A DNA stretch of 60,175 bases from Gammaproteobacteria bacterium. GTDB lineage: Bacteria > Pseudomonadota > Gammaproteobacteria > SG8-11. The position numbers and the translations under genes were made by a program. The DNA is taken from contig JAADIM010000038.1 in NCBI GenBank assembly GCA_013151345.1, positions 1 to 60,175 of the forward strand, written 5' to 3'. This document shows, piece by piece, positions 1-10,817 of the stretch; positions within the stretch are counted from its first letter, which is position 1; every line of letters starts with the position of its first letter. Under the pieces are notes generated by a model. It was not told the origin of the DNA, did not search any database, and saw only the letters and a list, made by a program, of their open reading frames with translations.

Positions 1-12
1 TTCTTATGTTGA

Positions 13-1374
13 TCACTCCCCGGCGATAGTAATATTGTCTATCAGAATCGAACCGGTTTGAATATTCTGGCGTAGGTCAATGTCATTTCCAATGTCTACA
101 ATGCCTTGATACATTTCTTTTAGATTGCCTGCGATAGTTATTTCTTCGACGGGGAATTGAATTTCGCCGTTTTCTATCCAAAACCCGGTCGCGCCGCGTG
201 AATAATGGCCAGTGACGCGATTTATACCTTGCCCCATGAGTTCGGTCACCAGAAGGCCCTTGCCCATTTTTTTAATCATGTCATCCAGGGACAGGTTGCT
301 GGTATCGATTTTCAAATTATGCACACCGCCTGCATTACCTGTGCTTGTCATCCCCAGTTTGCGCGCTGAGTATGAACTGAGTATGTAACTTTTTACTGTT
401 CCATCGAGTACAATATCGCGTTGTTGTGTCGCGACCCCTTCGCCATCAAACGGCGCGCTGCCCAGGCCTTTTTTAATATGCGGTTGTTCGTAGATATGGA
501 TATTCTTGGGAAACACCTGTTCGTCCAGGCTATCGAGCAAGAAAGATGTTTTGCGATATAAGCTGCCGCCACTGATAGCGGAGATAAAACTGGAAAATAT
601 TCCGCTTGCCAGGTGAGACTTAAAAATGACAGGTGACTGGCATGTGGGAATTTTACGTGCATTTAAGCGATTAATCGCGTTTTCTGCGGCTATTATGCCA
701 ATGTTTTTACTTGGCTCCAGGTCATTGCTATCACGGGCAACGCTATACCAGTAGTCGCGTTGCATTTGGTCATTTTCTTGTGCTATCACAGAGCAACTCA
801 AGCTGTGGCGCGTTGTTGGATAGGCTTCTATAAAATTATCCGTATTTCCATAAATGCGTAAACCTTGTTGGGTAGATAAACTACCGCCCTCGGAGTTTTT
901 AATTTTTGGGTCAAATGATAATGCGGCTTCTTCGCACTCTTGTGCCAAGCTAATAGCATCGTCTATGTGAAGGTCCCAATTGAAATAGAGATCCAGGTCC
1001 GGAATATTTTTCGCTAAGAGGGTCTTGTCAGCTAATCCTGAACAATCATCTTCTGCGGTATATTTTGCAACTCGACAGGCGGCTGCGACGGCATCTTTGC
1101 ATGCTTGCGGGCTTAAATCTGTGGTGCTGGCCGATCCTTTTTTGTGATCGAAATAGACAGTGATGCTTAAGCCCTTATCTTGATTGTGTTCAATCGTTTC
1201 AACTTTCCCCATGCGCACGGTCGTAGACAGCCCTGAGCCAACGCTCAAGCCTGCTTCTGCAGAGCTGGCGCCCATTGCTTTGGATTCCTTCAATAGATCG
1301 TCGATAATATTTTTGTAATTATCTGCGTTTAGATTGACGGAGCGTGCTTTGTCTATATTTGTTGCATTTGTCAT
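13..1374 (-). CDS. pmbA: Metalloprotease PmbA (TldE)
   Basis: The 453-aa ORF resembles E. coli PmbA along its full length, for example the C-terminal 'YSRGATGFWIENGEIQFPVEEITIAGNL' and 'SYSARKLGMTSTGNAGG'. It lies next to tldD. Confidence 0.9.
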   Translation of the reverse strand: MTNATNIDKARSVNLNADNYKNIIDDLLKESKAMGASSAEAGLSVGSGLSTTVRMGKVETIEHNQDKGLSITVYFDHKKGSASTTDLSPQACKDAVAAACRVAKYTAEDDCSGLADKTLLAKNIPDLDLYFNWDLHIDDAISLAQECEEAALSFDPKIKNSEGGSLSTQQGLRIYGNTDNFIEAYPTTRHSLSCSVIAQENDQMQRDYWYSVARDSNDLEPSKNIGIIAAENAINRLNARKIPTCQSPVIFKSHLASGIFSSFISAISGGSLYRKTSFLLDSLDEQVFPKNIHIYEQPHIKKGLGSAPFDGEGVATQQRDIVLDGTVKSYILSSYSARKLGMTSTGNAGGVHNLKIDTSNLSLDDMIKKMGKGLLVTELMGQGINRVTGHYSRGATGFWIENGEIQFPVEEITIAGNLKEMYQGIVDIGNDIDLRQNIQTGSILIDNITIAGE

Positions 1375-1510
1375 TATTTGTAAGCCTTTGTCGATTTTTT
1401 TACCTTGGGGGCACGCGGCGAAATATCTTATTCCTTTAATGTAAGGAAATAATGCAAAGAAAGTTTTTCCCCAGTGTTCCCTGTGTATTCCGTGGTTAAA
1501 TAAGCTTTTA

Positions 1511-2980
1511 TTATGTGTTCGTCCCGCCGACGGTGAGCTCGTCGATTTTCAATGTAGGTTGCCCGACACCGACCGGTACACTTTGTCCTTCTTTGCCGCA
1601 GGTGCCCACACCATCATCCAGTTTTAAATCATTTCCTACCATACTGACACGCGTCAGCACATCCGGGCCATTTCCTATCAGGGTGGCGCCTTTCACTGGC
1701 CGGGTTATTTTGCCGTTTTCAATTAAATAAGCTTCACTGGCTGAGAAAACAAATTTTCCTGAGGTAATGTCTACTTGTCCGCCACCGAAATTAGCGGCAT
1801 AGAGACCTTTGTCTACTGACTTAATAATTTCAGCCGGATCATACTTGCCCGCTAACATGTAGGTATTGGTCATGCGGGGTAAGGGGAGATGGGCGTAGGA
1901 TTCGCGCCGGCCATTTCCTGTTGGTGGAACTCCCATCAAACGCGCATTCAGTTTATCTTGCAGGTAACTTTTTAAGATGCCATTTTCAATTAAGACGTTA
2001 TTTTGAGTCGGTACACCTTCATCATCAATATTGAGTGATCCGCGACGTTTGTCGATAGTGCCATTATCAACGACTGTGCATTGCTCTGATGCAACACGTT
2101 CGCCAATTCGGCCGGTAAATGCGGAACTGCCTTTGCGATTAAAATCACCTTCCAGGCCATGTCCAATAGCTTCATGAAGTAACACGCCTGGCCATCCAGG
2201 TCCAAGAACAACGGGCATAGTGCCGGCTGGCGCGTCGACAGCATCCAGGTTGACTAGGGCTGTTCTGACGGCTTCTTGTGCATATTTTAATGATTGGTCG
2301 TTGTCGATGAAATATTGATAACCGAAACGGCCACCACCGCCGGAAGAGCCTTGTTCTCTTTTTCCATCTTGTTCCGCGACCACGGAAACGCTCATGCGGA
2401 CAAGTGGCCTGACATCCGCTGCAAATGTGCCGTCGCTGGCCGCGACCAGTATTACTTCATGTTCAGCTGCAAGACTAACAACTACCTGTTTGATTCTAGA
2501 GTCAAGGCGTCGTGCTTCTTTGTCGACGCATTCTAACAGGTTTATTTTTTCCTGTTCACTGAGTGAGTCTAATGGGTTGTCAGTCTTATATAATACTTGT
2601 CCTGTTTTGGCCGACCATGCTTGTACTTGTTTTTGCTGGCCCAGTTTGGCAATAGCGCGTGCGGTAGTCGCAGCCTGATTAAGCGCGGGTAACAATATTT
2701 CATCTGAATATGCGAAACCTGTTTTATCACCGCTTATAGCACGCACTCCTACGCCTTGTTCTATATTGTAACTGCCATCCTTGACGATGCCGTCTTCAAG
2801 CACCCATGACTCATAGCGACTGGCTTGAAAATACAAATCTGCATTATCTATATCATGGCGCAGTACCTGATCCAGAATTTTTTGAAGATCGTTTTGATCT
2901 AATCCTGCTGGGGCAAGTAGTAGTTCTTGCGCCAGGCTAATGGGGGAAGCCGTCATAGAATTTTGCATTAAATTAGTCAT
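1511..2980 (-). CDS. tldD: Metalloprotease TldD
   Basis: The 489-aa ORF carries the TldD metal-site motif '[20 protein letters not shown]' and '[11 protein letters not shown]'. The yhdP...tldD synteny matches enterobacteria. Confidence 0.92.
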   Translation of the reverse strand: MTNLMQNSMTASPISLAQELLLAPAGLDQNDLQKILDQVLRHDIDNADLYFQASRYESWVLEDGIVKDGSYNIEQGVGVRAISGDKTGFAYSDEILLPALNQAATTARAIAKLGQQKQVQAWSAKTGQVLYKTDNPLDSLSEQEKINLLECVDKEARRLDSRIKQVVVSLAAEHEVILVAASDGTFAADVRPLVRMSVSVVAEQDGKREQGSSGGGGRFGYQYFIDNDQSLKYAQEAVRTALVNLDAVDAPAGTMPVVLGPGWPGVLLHEAIGHGLEGDFNRKGSSAFTGRIGERVASEQCTVVDNGTIDKRRGSLNIDDEGVPTQNNVLIENGILKSYLQDKLNARLMGVPPTGNGRRESYAHLPLPRMTNTYMLAGKYDPAEIIKSVDKGLYAANFGGGQVDITSGKFVFSASEAYLIENGKITRPVKGATLIGNGPDVLTRVSMVGNDLKLDDGVGTCGKEGQSVPVGVGQPTLKIDELTVGGTNT

Positions 2981-3014
2981 AATATTTAATTTATGTTTAT
3001 CAGGTCAAAAGAGG

Positions 3015-3824
3015 TTATTTAAGTTTTCTGTGTTTAATCGCCGGGAAGTTTTTGCGTGTAACGGCAATAAATTCAGGGTCAATTTTGGCAGTTACAAAGC
3101 CCGAGCCTCGAGGGAGTCGGTCTAACACCGTTCCCCATGGGTCAACTATCATACTATCTCCATAGGTTTCGCGTCCATTTATATGATAACCACCTTGAGC
3201 AGCTGCTATAATATAACACAAATTTTCGATTGCCCTGGCTCTTACCAATGATTCCCAGTGTGCTTTCCCTGTGATCGCTGTAAAGGCAGCGGGCAGTGCA
3301 ATTATTTCAACGTTTTTATCCAGCATCAACCGGTACAGTTCAGGAAAGCGTAGATCATAACAAATAGATAAGCCTAGTTTTCCAAAGGGTGTATCAACAA
3401 CAACAATTTTGTCATCTGCCTCTATCGTTTCTGATTCGTTATAGTTTTCACTGGTTTCTTCAATATGTACGTCAAATAGATGAATTTTATCGTACCTTGC
3501 GACGCACTTGCCCTTGTCATTATATAATAGCGAAGCTGCGCGTACTTTATCTTTATGGTCTGCGGTGAGTGGTACAGTGCCACCCACTATCCATATTTTG
3601 TTTTTTGCCGCCTGGTCTGACAAAAAATTCTGTATTTGCCCGTTGCCTGGCGACTCTTTGATTTTTACTTTATCTACTTCATCCAGACCCATTATCGCGA
3701 AATTTTCCGGAAGTACTGCCAGGCTCGTACCTGAATCAACTGCGAGTGTTATGAGTCTTTCAGCTTCAATTAAGTTCGCATGTACATTGGGCCCAGAAGC
3801 CATTTGAATAGCAGCTACTTGCAT
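3015..3824 (-). CDS. Carbon-nitrogen hydrolase family protein (nitrilase/omega-amidase-like)
   Basis: The 269-aa ORF has E-K-C triad contexts typical of the family: 'LAVLPENF', 'YDKIHLFD' and 'GLSICYDLRFPE'. Confidence 0.8.
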   Translation of the reverse strand: MQVAAIQMASGPNVHANLIEAERLITLAVDSGTSLAVLPENFAIMGLDEVDKVKIKESPGNGQIQNFLSDQAAKNKIWIVGGTVPLTADHKDKVRAASLLYNDKGKCVARYDKIHLFDVHIEETSENYNESETIEADDKIVVVDTPFGKLGLSICYDLRFPELYRLMLDKNVEIIALPAAFTAITGKAHWESLVRARAIENLCYIIAAAQGGYHINGRETYGDSMIVDPWGTVLDRLPRGSGFVTAKIDPEFIAVTRKNFPAIKHRKLK

Positions 3825-3843
3825 TAATTAATTTCCTTGTATC

Positions 3844-4191
3844 TTAATTTTGTACTTTTAGTTCTATGGTATCTTCAATGTAACTATCTGGTGCCAATAT
3901 AATGCGATCAGATTTTAGTCCAAGTGATATTAGCCAACCACGTAAACTGTTTGCCGATTTAGTGCCTTTGTCATCCCCATGGTATAAAACATTTAATTTT
4001 GCTTTAGGATTGCTTGTTAGCTTTCGCATAATGGAAATCAGCGGTTGTATTTGCAAAACTTCTTCACCGCTCTGCGGGTTGCCCCAAATATCGGCACTTA
4101 ATTTTGTATTTATTTCATTGCTCAACACTGCCTTAGGACTAACGACAAACAAAATGCATAGACAGGCCAGATAAGTTTTGATTTTGAACAT
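3844..4191 (-). CDS. Small secreted protein of unknown function
   Basis: The ORF is trimmed to the internal Met that starts a signal-peptide-like 'MFKIKTYLACLCILFVVSPKAVLS'. There is no recognisable domain. The C-terminal 'SANSLRGWLISLGLKSDRIIL' is only vaguely OmpA-C-like. Confidence 0.4.
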   Translation of the reverse strand: MFKIKTYLACLCILFVVSPKAVLSNEINTKLSADIWGNPQSGEEVLQIQPLISIMRKLTSNPKAKLNVLYHGDDKGTKSANSLRGWLISLGLKSDRIILAPDSYIEDTIELKVQN

Positions 4192-4402
4192 TAACCTTAA
4201 TCTACCGCTATAAAATTGTAGTTTTTCATAATGGCTTTTCACAGTAGCTTTTCACGATAGCTTTCCAGCGTTGGGTAGATGATATTTTATCAGTTTTATC
4301 AGAGGTTCCTTAATATAACCTATTGATTAGAGGTGCGTCTAGTGGGGTATGGCGAAATGATTAAATGTTAATAGTTGAAAAGAAACACACTTTTTTTGTG
4401 CT

Positions 4403-7400
4403 TCATGGTTCTTCTTCATCTTCGATTTGCGGATCGAGTTTAGGCGATTGCGGTTTTCCAATTTTAACAATCTTCGGATTATCCCAATTGCCGGTGATTG
4501 TATATTGGAAGCTTAATGCCTTATCAATCTGAGATTGGAAAACATTTTTTAATGTCCATGTTACTAACGCTGTGATAGGTTCGGCGCCTGCCAACACGGT
4601 TAATAGGGGTACACTTGCAGCGGCATCCGGTATGACGGTCACAAGCTGGTCATAGTCTTCATCGACGAATCCAGTTCGCCCGGAGACTTCTATGCGACCG
4701 GCAGGCCCAAGCAAATGCAAGTCACTGGTGTACGCATCACCTTTTTCCAGGTTGAACTTGCCCTTAATTTGGTCGAAACTGAAGCCTTTTGAGAAAACAT
4801 CCCTGAAATCAAGCATGAGGCGCCGGGGTAATGATTGCAGGCTAAGTAGCCCAAATATACGGCCTGCGCCAGGGTTAATATCAAGTAATTGGCCATTTTT
4901 GAAATCCAGGTTAACGGTTCCATTAATGATGCTTGCAGAAACATCACTTGGTATGGATGGCCAGTTTAAATCCATCGAAAGGTTGCCTTGGCCATTTTTA
5001 ATCGTATCGGCGAATCCCATATTGGCCATGGTTTTGCCAATGTTGTTGATCGCGCTTTTCAATTCAATTTGTGTTTTATGCTTAGTGCCATCATAAATCC
5101 ACGTGCCAGTACCCGTGATACTGTTGGTGGGTGTGGTCAGCTCTAAGTTATCCATATGCAGACCATTGTTTCTCTTGCTAATAGAGGTTAACAGTTGGCC
5201 GTATTCTGTATCATCTAAAACAAAGCGTTTGCTATTAATTATCATTGCTGGCCAGTCTCGCGGGTCTTGGTCTGAGTGGTCTGTTTGTGAATTTTTGTCA
5301 GCTTCTTCTTTCTCCTTTTTATCGTCGCTAAATAGCATTAGTTTATCTAGCTTCATTGATATAGGCGCAATAGACAGATCTATAGGTAATGAAATTTTTC
5401 CAGACAATTCATCGCTAGTGATAATGGCTTCCCATTTTCTGTCTGTTTTTATCGCATCTAGATTAACGGAGTGGTAGGTTTGATGAAAAGCTTTTAGTTC
5501 GCCAATATTTGCTTTAATTTTTGAAAGCCAGTTTAGCGGATTTGAGTTTTCATCTTTTGTGTCAGAATTAAATTCCGGTGTTTTTTCAAGTAGAGAAACC
5601 CAGTGATCAAATAAAAACCTTTTAACGTTATTGCTTACCACGCTTATACCTGACAAGGGAAGAGGGTTCGCCTCATTGTTGTTGATATTAATTGTGCCTC
5701 TGCTTAAAGATATGTCATCACTATCATTAATGGAGAATTCCATAATCGAGCTTATCGATGGCCCGTATTGGATGTCAAAAGTGTGTTTTGTTTTTGAAAA
5801 TTCGACACCGACGTTAAGATAGACTTTTTCATCGAGTTTTTTATTTAGAGGTTCCAGCAAGTCAATCTCAATATTTTCCAATTGAGTTTGTATTCGTAAA
5901 ACAGGTTTGGTGAAAGTGGTATTGTCGCTATGAGGAATATCCAGATTAACAGCCCATTTTGTATTACCGTGAAAAAATTTTCCCCAAGAAGGAATAAATT
6001 GTTTTACAAATAATTGCGGATTTAACGTGCTTTTTGTTTTAAATCGTGTAAGAGAGCCCGTTTGAGTATGTTTGGTTAAAATTTCAAGTTTGGCGGGGTA
6101 GTTGAAGAATAATCCTGATAAATTTTCTGCCGTCAGGTCATTTTTTGAGAAGAACAAGTGGCCATTGAGATTGCTCCAGACTTCGCCTAGCTGTCCTTTT
6201 ATATTTATTGAGTTATTGGTTAGCGCAACGTTGCCCTTTGTTTTTGTTGTGTAACGTGGGTTGTTGGTTAACGGAATAGATAAGTCCAATTCAAGCAGAC
6301 TTTGACCATTTATGGATATTTTTTTTAGACTGTCTTCGAAGTTATTTTTCAATTTAGGTGCGCTGCGAAGAAAATCAAGTTTGTCTTTTGTCGGGCCTTC
6401 TATTTTGCTGGTTATATTCATTATGGCCGGTTTTTCAGCTAGGTTTTCGATTCGCGCGACTGTGTCAAATAAATTAGATGAAAGTATTTTTCCGGCGTGC
6501 CCTATTACGGTCATTCCCTTATTAAGAAAATCTAGCTCAAGTTCTAGTTTCTTTAAGGCTGGCCAATGAGGCGCATAATCAATTTCGACATTTTTCGTAT
6601 TAGCGTGTAGTTCGAATTTTCCTTCTCCTTTTTCAAAAGGGAAGTCAGCGAGTCTTCCATGAAAAACAGCGTTGCCAGAAATAATTTCACCGCCAAGAAT
6701 TGATCTGTCAATCCAGTCAATAGCAAGTTTAGGCGTGAGTTTGTAGGGAACATATCGCGAAACGTTGTCTCCCTTGCCTTCCCTGAAGGAGGTTGCAAGA
6801 CTCAAAAAAGGTGATAACCCATTTGCAGGGAAATCAAATGTTAGTTTAACGGTAGTATTAAGGTCTTCATTTATTATCTGCATATTTTCAGATGAAAGTC
6901 GCCACGAAGAACTGTATTTCGACCAGTCTAACACTCCAGTTAGCTTGTCAATCGGGATTGGTGCCCTGAATAGCTGTGGCATAAATAATGTCGCGCTATT
7001 TGTATCCAGAGCAAGTGAACCCGAATTATTGTTTGTTGTTATCGATCCGCTAAAATTGTGTATTCCAGGTATGGTCTCATTGGGGAAAAGTGTAACGCCA
7101 TTAAAATTAGCTTCAAAATTAAACTCAGGATTTTCGGGATTGCTACCCCGGTAGTTAATGAAAACATCTTTTAGTTCACCAGAGGGGTTCTGGCTTACTA
7201 AAGCGGCTCTATTTGTGTCATTCGTATCAGCAGCAAAAAGCGCCAGATAAGCAATGTCTTCGATACGAAGAAAGCTAAATTTGGCCTCTACCGCAGAGCT
7301 AATATCGGGTCGGAGCGAGCTGCTTTTTATAGTGGCGCTTGTGGGTGGCCAAGCAGTGCCATTTCGGTTAATTGAAAAATTACTGATATTTAGCTTCCAA

Positions 7401-8359
7401 CCGTCTTCATTGCGTTGCCAGACCGCTTGACCGGACATTCTTTGCAGCTTTAGTTCTTTTCCGTTGTTGGCAACTGTGGTGTTACTTAAATGAATAGCTT
7501 TTGCGTCTATATCTCCTGTTATCTTTACAAGTGCACCTTTTTCCCAAGTGCTCCAAAGCTCAAAGTCTGTTGAAAGCGATTTTATATTAAATTTTTTGCT
7601 GGAACTGTATTGCAGAAATTGAGATAGTTTTATAGCGGTTCCTTTTATATAAAACTTCCCCTCCCTGTTGATATCTGTATGTAATGGGTTGCCGTACATG
7701 TCTAACGCAAAGGTGATTTTTTTTCCTATATTTTTAGGTAAATTGATGGTTCCCTGTAATTGATGTCTATCGTTATCGTTTTTAAGCGATATATCAACGT
7801 CTGAAAAAAGAACGGGTTTATTCCCCAATTTACGATCGTGCCAATAAAAATTGGTTTCAGAAATATTTAATCTGACTTGCTTTAGTACCCAGTCTTCCAG
7901 TTTTTTATTGTTAACTGTGTCATCCGTATCGTCACTTTTTTTGGCGCCCGCTATGGAAAAAGTGCCATCAAGATGTCTTTCAACATAAAGATTTACGCCA
8001 GAAACCGAAATATTGTTAAGCCCAAGTTGACCATGAAAAATGAGTGAAAAAAGGTCGAACCCTAGAAAGGCTTTATCAAAATTAGCAATTGCACTCCCGT
8101 TCTGTTCGTTTAACAAAACAACATTTTGTAATACGAGTTTTGGTCCAAAACCGCGCCATTCTGCGTCCAGGCCGCCTATTTTTATTGGTTGGCCAATGAG
8201 AGTGCTGATTTCTGATTCTATTTGATTATTGTAGTCTTTGACGAAAGGTAACAAGAATCTCGCAGAGCTTAAACCGACAGCAGAAATAACAATAAAAATG
8301 GCGAATGAATACCATCCTGTTATCCAGAGAAAACGAATAAGTCGGTGCATAGAAATCAC
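4403..8359 (-). CDS. yhdP: YhdP-family (AsmA-like) large envelope protein
   Basis: The 1318-aa ORF has one N-terminal TM helix ('FLWITGWYSFAIFIVISAVGL') followed by a long beta-rich body. The rng-yhdP-(nit)-tldD order matches E. coli. Confidence 0.8.
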   Translation of the reverse strand: MISMHRLIRFLWITGWYSFAIFIVISAVGLSSARFLLPFVKDYNNQIESEISTLIGQPIKIGGLDAEWRGFGPKLVLQNVVLLNEQNGSAIANFDKAFLGFDLFSLIFHGQLGLNNISVSGVNLYVERHLDGTFSIAGAKKSDDTDDTVNNKKLEDWVLKQVRLNISETNFYWHDRKLGNKPVLFSDVDISLKNDNDRHQLQGTINLPKNIGKKITFALDMYGNPLHTDINREGKFYIKGTAIKLSQFLQYSSSKKFNIKSLSTDFELWSTWEKGALVKITGDIDAKAIHLSNTTVANNGKELKLQRMSGQAVWQRNEDGWKLNISNFSINRNGTAWPPTSATIKSSSLRPDISSAVEAKFSFLRIEDIAYLALFAADTNDTNRAALVSQNPSGELKDVFINYRGSNPENPEFNFEANFNGVTLFPNETIPGIHNFSGSITTNNNSGSLALDTNSATLFMPQLFRAPIPIDKLTGVLDWSKYSSSWRLSSENMQIINEDLNTTVKLTFDFPANGLSPFLSLATSFREGKGDNVSRYVPYKLTPKLAIDWIDRSILGGEIISGNAVFHGRLADFPFEKGEGKFELHANTKNVEIDYAPHWPALKKLELELDFLNKGMTVIGHAGKILSSNLFDTVARIENLAEKPAIMNITSKIEGPTKDKLDFLRSAPKLKNNFEDSLKKISINGQSLLELDLSIPLTNNPRYTTKTKGNVALTNNSINIKGQLGEVWSNLNGHLFFSKNDLTAENLSGLFFNYPAKLEILTKHTQTGSLTRFKTKSTLNPQLFVKQFIPSWGKFFHGNTKWAVNLDIPHSDNTTFTKPVLRIQTQLENIEIDLLEPLNKKLDEKVYLNVGVEFSKTKHTFDIQYGPSISSIMEFSINDSDDISLSRGTININNNEANPLPLSGISVVSNNVKRFLFDHWVSLLEKTPEFNSDTKDENSNPLNWLSKIKANIGELKAFHQTYHSVNLDAIKTDRKWEAIITSDELSGKISLPIDLSIAPISMKLDKLMLFSDDKKEKEEADKNSQTDHSDQDPRDWPAMIINSKRFVLDDTEYGQLLTSISKRNNGLHMDNLELTTPTNSITGTGTWIYDGTKHKTQIELKSAINNIGKTMANMGFADTIKNGQGNLSMDLNWPSIPSDVSASIINGTVNLDFKNGQLLDINPGAGRIFGLLSLQSLPRRLMLDFRDVFSKGFSFDQIKGKFNLEKGDAYTSDLHLLGPAGRIEVSGRTGFVDEDYDQLVTVIPDAAASVPLLTVLAGAEPITALVTWTLKNVFQSQIDKALSFQYTITGNWDNPKIVKIGKPQSPKLDPQIEDEEEP

Positions 8360-8420
8360 TTTTTTGAGCGATGCGGTATCTAGTAAGTTCCCGAATGCAG
8401 AACGTTATTATGGGTCTCTA

Positions 8421-8603
8421 GGAGGCTGTCCGAGAATAGAGGAGCCTACTGCGGAAAAGCCATTTCAGTCAGATTTTTCGATAAAATGCGTTAAATATAC
8501 CCAATATTATGCGTTAAATATACCCAATATTCGCCTTATTTTATCGAAAAATCTGATTGAAATGACTTCCCCTCGCGACGGCTTCTATTCTCGGACGGCC
8601 TCC
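8421..8603. repeat. ~183-bp palindromic element with ~70-bp imperfect inverted arms around a perfect 23-bp tandem duplication
   Basis: The left arm, ggaggctgtccgagaatagagg...cagatttttcgataaaatgcg, pairs with the right arm, cgccttattttatcgaaaaatctg...cttctattctcggacggcctcc. The core is atgcgttaaatatacccaatatt repeated twice (8486-8508 and 8509-8531). Confidence 0.85.
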
Positions 8604-8617
8604 TAGTACAATAAATA

Positions 8618-10108
8618 TCACATAAGGATAATGTCATACTGCTCTTGGGAATATTGTGTTTCCACTTGGAGTTTGACCGGTGTTCCGATAAATGCCTCTA
8701 ATTCCGCCAAATTAGCTGATTCTTCATCCAGCATCAAGTCTATAACTTTTTGTGAGGCAAGTAGAAGAAGTTTATTGGCTTCAAATTGCCGAGCTTCTCG
8801 CAAAATTTCTCTAAAGATCTCATAACATAACGTTTCTGCTGTTTTCACAGTGCCTCTGCCACTACAAGTGTGGCAGGTTTCACACAAAATATGCTCCAAA
8901 CTCTCGCGTGTTCTCTTGCGCGTCATTTGAACTAACCCAAGAGAAGACACTTCGCTGATGTTGTTTTTTGCGTTGTCACGTTCCAGGTTTTTTTCTAATG
9001 TGCGTAATACCTGGTCGCGATGATCCTGATCTGACATATCTATAAAATCTATGATTATCATGCCACCCAAATTGCGCAAACGAAGCTGTCGAACAATGGC
9101 TTGTGTGGCCTCAAGGTTGGTTTTGAAAATGGTCTCTTCCAAATTACGATGACCGACGAAACCACCGGTGTTTACATCGATAGTGGTCATTGCTTCTGTT
9201 TGATCAATTATTAAATATCCACCAGACTTAAGCTTCACTTTTCTTTCCAGCGCTTTTTGTATTTCGTCTTCAACACCGTATAGATCGAATATTGGACGTT
9301 CGCCAGGATAATGTTCAATACGTGGGGCAACTTCGGGTATGAATTTATTTGCAAATCTAAATATTCGCTGCAAAGTTTCTCTAGAGTCAATTCTAATTTT
9401 TTCAAGTTCGCTGCCAGTGAGATCGCGCATCATACGCATCACCAAATGTAAATCTTCATGGATAAGCGTTGTTGCGGGTGCGGATTTGCTTCGTTCTTGA
9501 ATTGATATCCATAATTTTTGTAAAAAAAGGGCATCGGCTTTTAGTGTTTCTTCGTCGATACCCTCAGCAGCAGTTCGTACGATATAGCCACCTGATGTGA
9601 ATTCGATTGCAATTTCTTCCACCGCATTGATAAGGCGGGCACGTTCTGGTTCATCCTCAATTTTTTGCGAAATACCGATATGGTGAAGTCGGGGCATGAA
9701 CACAAGAAATCGGGCGGGTATCGAAATTTCTGTCGTAAGGCGTGCGCCTTTTGTTCCTAATGGGTCTTTAATTACTTGTGTAAGAATAGTCTGGCCTTCT
9801 TTAAGAAGCTCAGTAATGGGTGGAATGTCAGTTTTTTGGTAGGTTTCATCTTTTGTTTTGTCCTCACTGGCTTGCTCTGCAGGAATGATATCTGACGCAT
9901 GCAGGAATGCTGTACGTTCGAGGCCAATGTCAATGAATGCGGCTTGCATACCCGGTAAAACCCGGGAAACCTTGCCGTTGTATATATTACCGACTAAACC
10001 CAGGCGACTAGTTCTTTCAACATAGATTTCCTGCAACACTCCATTTTCTAAAATGGCGACACGCGTTTCTCTTGGTGTTACGTTTATTAATATTTCTTTG
10101 CTTGTCAT
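8618..10108 (-). CDS. rng: Ribonuclease G
   Basis: The 496-aa ORF has an N-terminal S1 domain ('GNIYNGKVSRVLPGMQAAFIDIG') and an RNase E/G catalytic core ('GGMIIIDFIDM'). It sits downstream of maf, as in E. coli. Confidence 0.9.
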   Translation of the reverse strand: MTSKEILINVTPRETRVAILENGVLQEIYVERTSRLGLVGNIYNGKVSRVLPGMQAAFIDIGLERTAFLHASDIIPAEQASEDKTKDETYQKTDIPPITELLKEGQTILTQVIKDPLGTKGARLTTEISIPARFLVFMPRLHHIGISQKIEDEPERARLINAVEEIAIEFTSGGYIVRTAAEGIDEETLKADALFLQKLWISIQERSKSAPATTLIHEDLHLVMRMMRDLTGSELEKIRIDSRETLQRIFRFANKFIPEVAPRIEHYPGERPIFDLYGVEDEIQKALERKVKLKSGGYLIIDQTEAMTTIDVNTGGFVGHRNLEETIFKTNLEATQAIVRQLRLRNLGGMIIIDFIDMSDQDHRDQVLRTLEKNLERDNAKNNISEVSSLGLVQMTRKRTRESLEHILCETCHTCSGRGTVKTAETLCYEIFREILREARQFEANKLLLLASQKVIDLMLDEESANLAELEAFIGTPVKLQVETQYSQEQYDIILM

Positions 10109-10148
10109 TATCTACTTCTAAATCTACTTCTTAGTTAAAGGTTTCATA

Positions 10149-10796
10149 TTAAATAATCTTAATACCAGATTCCTGTAGTATATTTGCTGTTTCAAACAAC
10201 GGTAATCCCATAACGCCTGAGTAACTTCCGGACAAGTTACTGATAAAAATTGCCCCCATACCCTGGATTGCGTAACTGCCTGCCTTGTCTTGTGGTTCCT
10301 TGCTTGACCAATATCTTTCACGTTCTTCTGTTGTTATTTGTCTGAAAGTGACGGTACTTGTACTAACGACAGAGCGACAGACAACAGAGTGTTCCTTTTT
10401 TTCCGTGACTAACGCAACCGCTGTAATAACATCATGGCTTTTACCGGATAATTGCTCAAGTATATTTAAACTATCGGCTTTGTGCCTGGGTTTGCCAATT
10501 ATCTTGTTTTTCAGGGCGATCACAGTATCGGCGCCCAATACGGGTAACTTGTGTTGCGAAAACTTGTACTGGGAGAACATGTGCTGCGAATGGTTTGACT
10601 CATTCAGCATGTTCAATCCGTATCTGGCTTTTCCAATCGCAATGCGTATAGCATAGTCTACAGGTGATTCTCGTGTCTGGGGAGACTCTTTTATGATGGG
10701 AAGTAAAACTTTATATCTGATGTTTATCTGGTCTAGTAGTAACTGGCGCCTGGGTGACGATGAAGCAAGATAAATTTGTGGTTTATATATATTCAT
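10149..10796 (-). CDS. maf: Maf-family nucleoside triphosphate pyrophosphatase
   Basis: Motifs 'LASSSPRRQLLL' and 'KAGSYAIQG' are present, with maf-rng synteny. The ORF contains an in-frame repeat insertion (see findings). Confidence 0.85.
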   Translation of the reverse strand: MNIYKPQIYLASSSPRRQLLLDQINIRYKVLLPIIKESPQTRESPVDYAIRIAIGKARYGLNMLNESNHSQHMFSQYKFSQHKLPVLGADTVIALKNKIIGKPRHKADSLNILEQLSGKSHDVITAVALVTEKKEHSVVCRSVVSTSTVTFRQITTEERERYWSSKEPQDKAGSYAIQGMGAIFISNLSGSYSGVMGLPLFETANILQESGIKII

Positions 10797-10817
10797 TAAC
10801 TTAGCTGGATTTATATT

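Noticed and set aside
45-54. gaatcgaacc, resembling the complement of a tRNA T-arm (GGTTCGATTC)
   Set aside because: It lies inside the pmbA coding sequence. No acceptor stem or anticodon arm can be drawn around it. I found no tRNA anywhere in the window.
8238-8606. 122-aa plus-strand ORF spanning the yhdP start and the palindromic element
   Set aside because: It partly overlaps yhdP in antisense. The remainder is a read-through of the inverted-repeat element and has no coding features.
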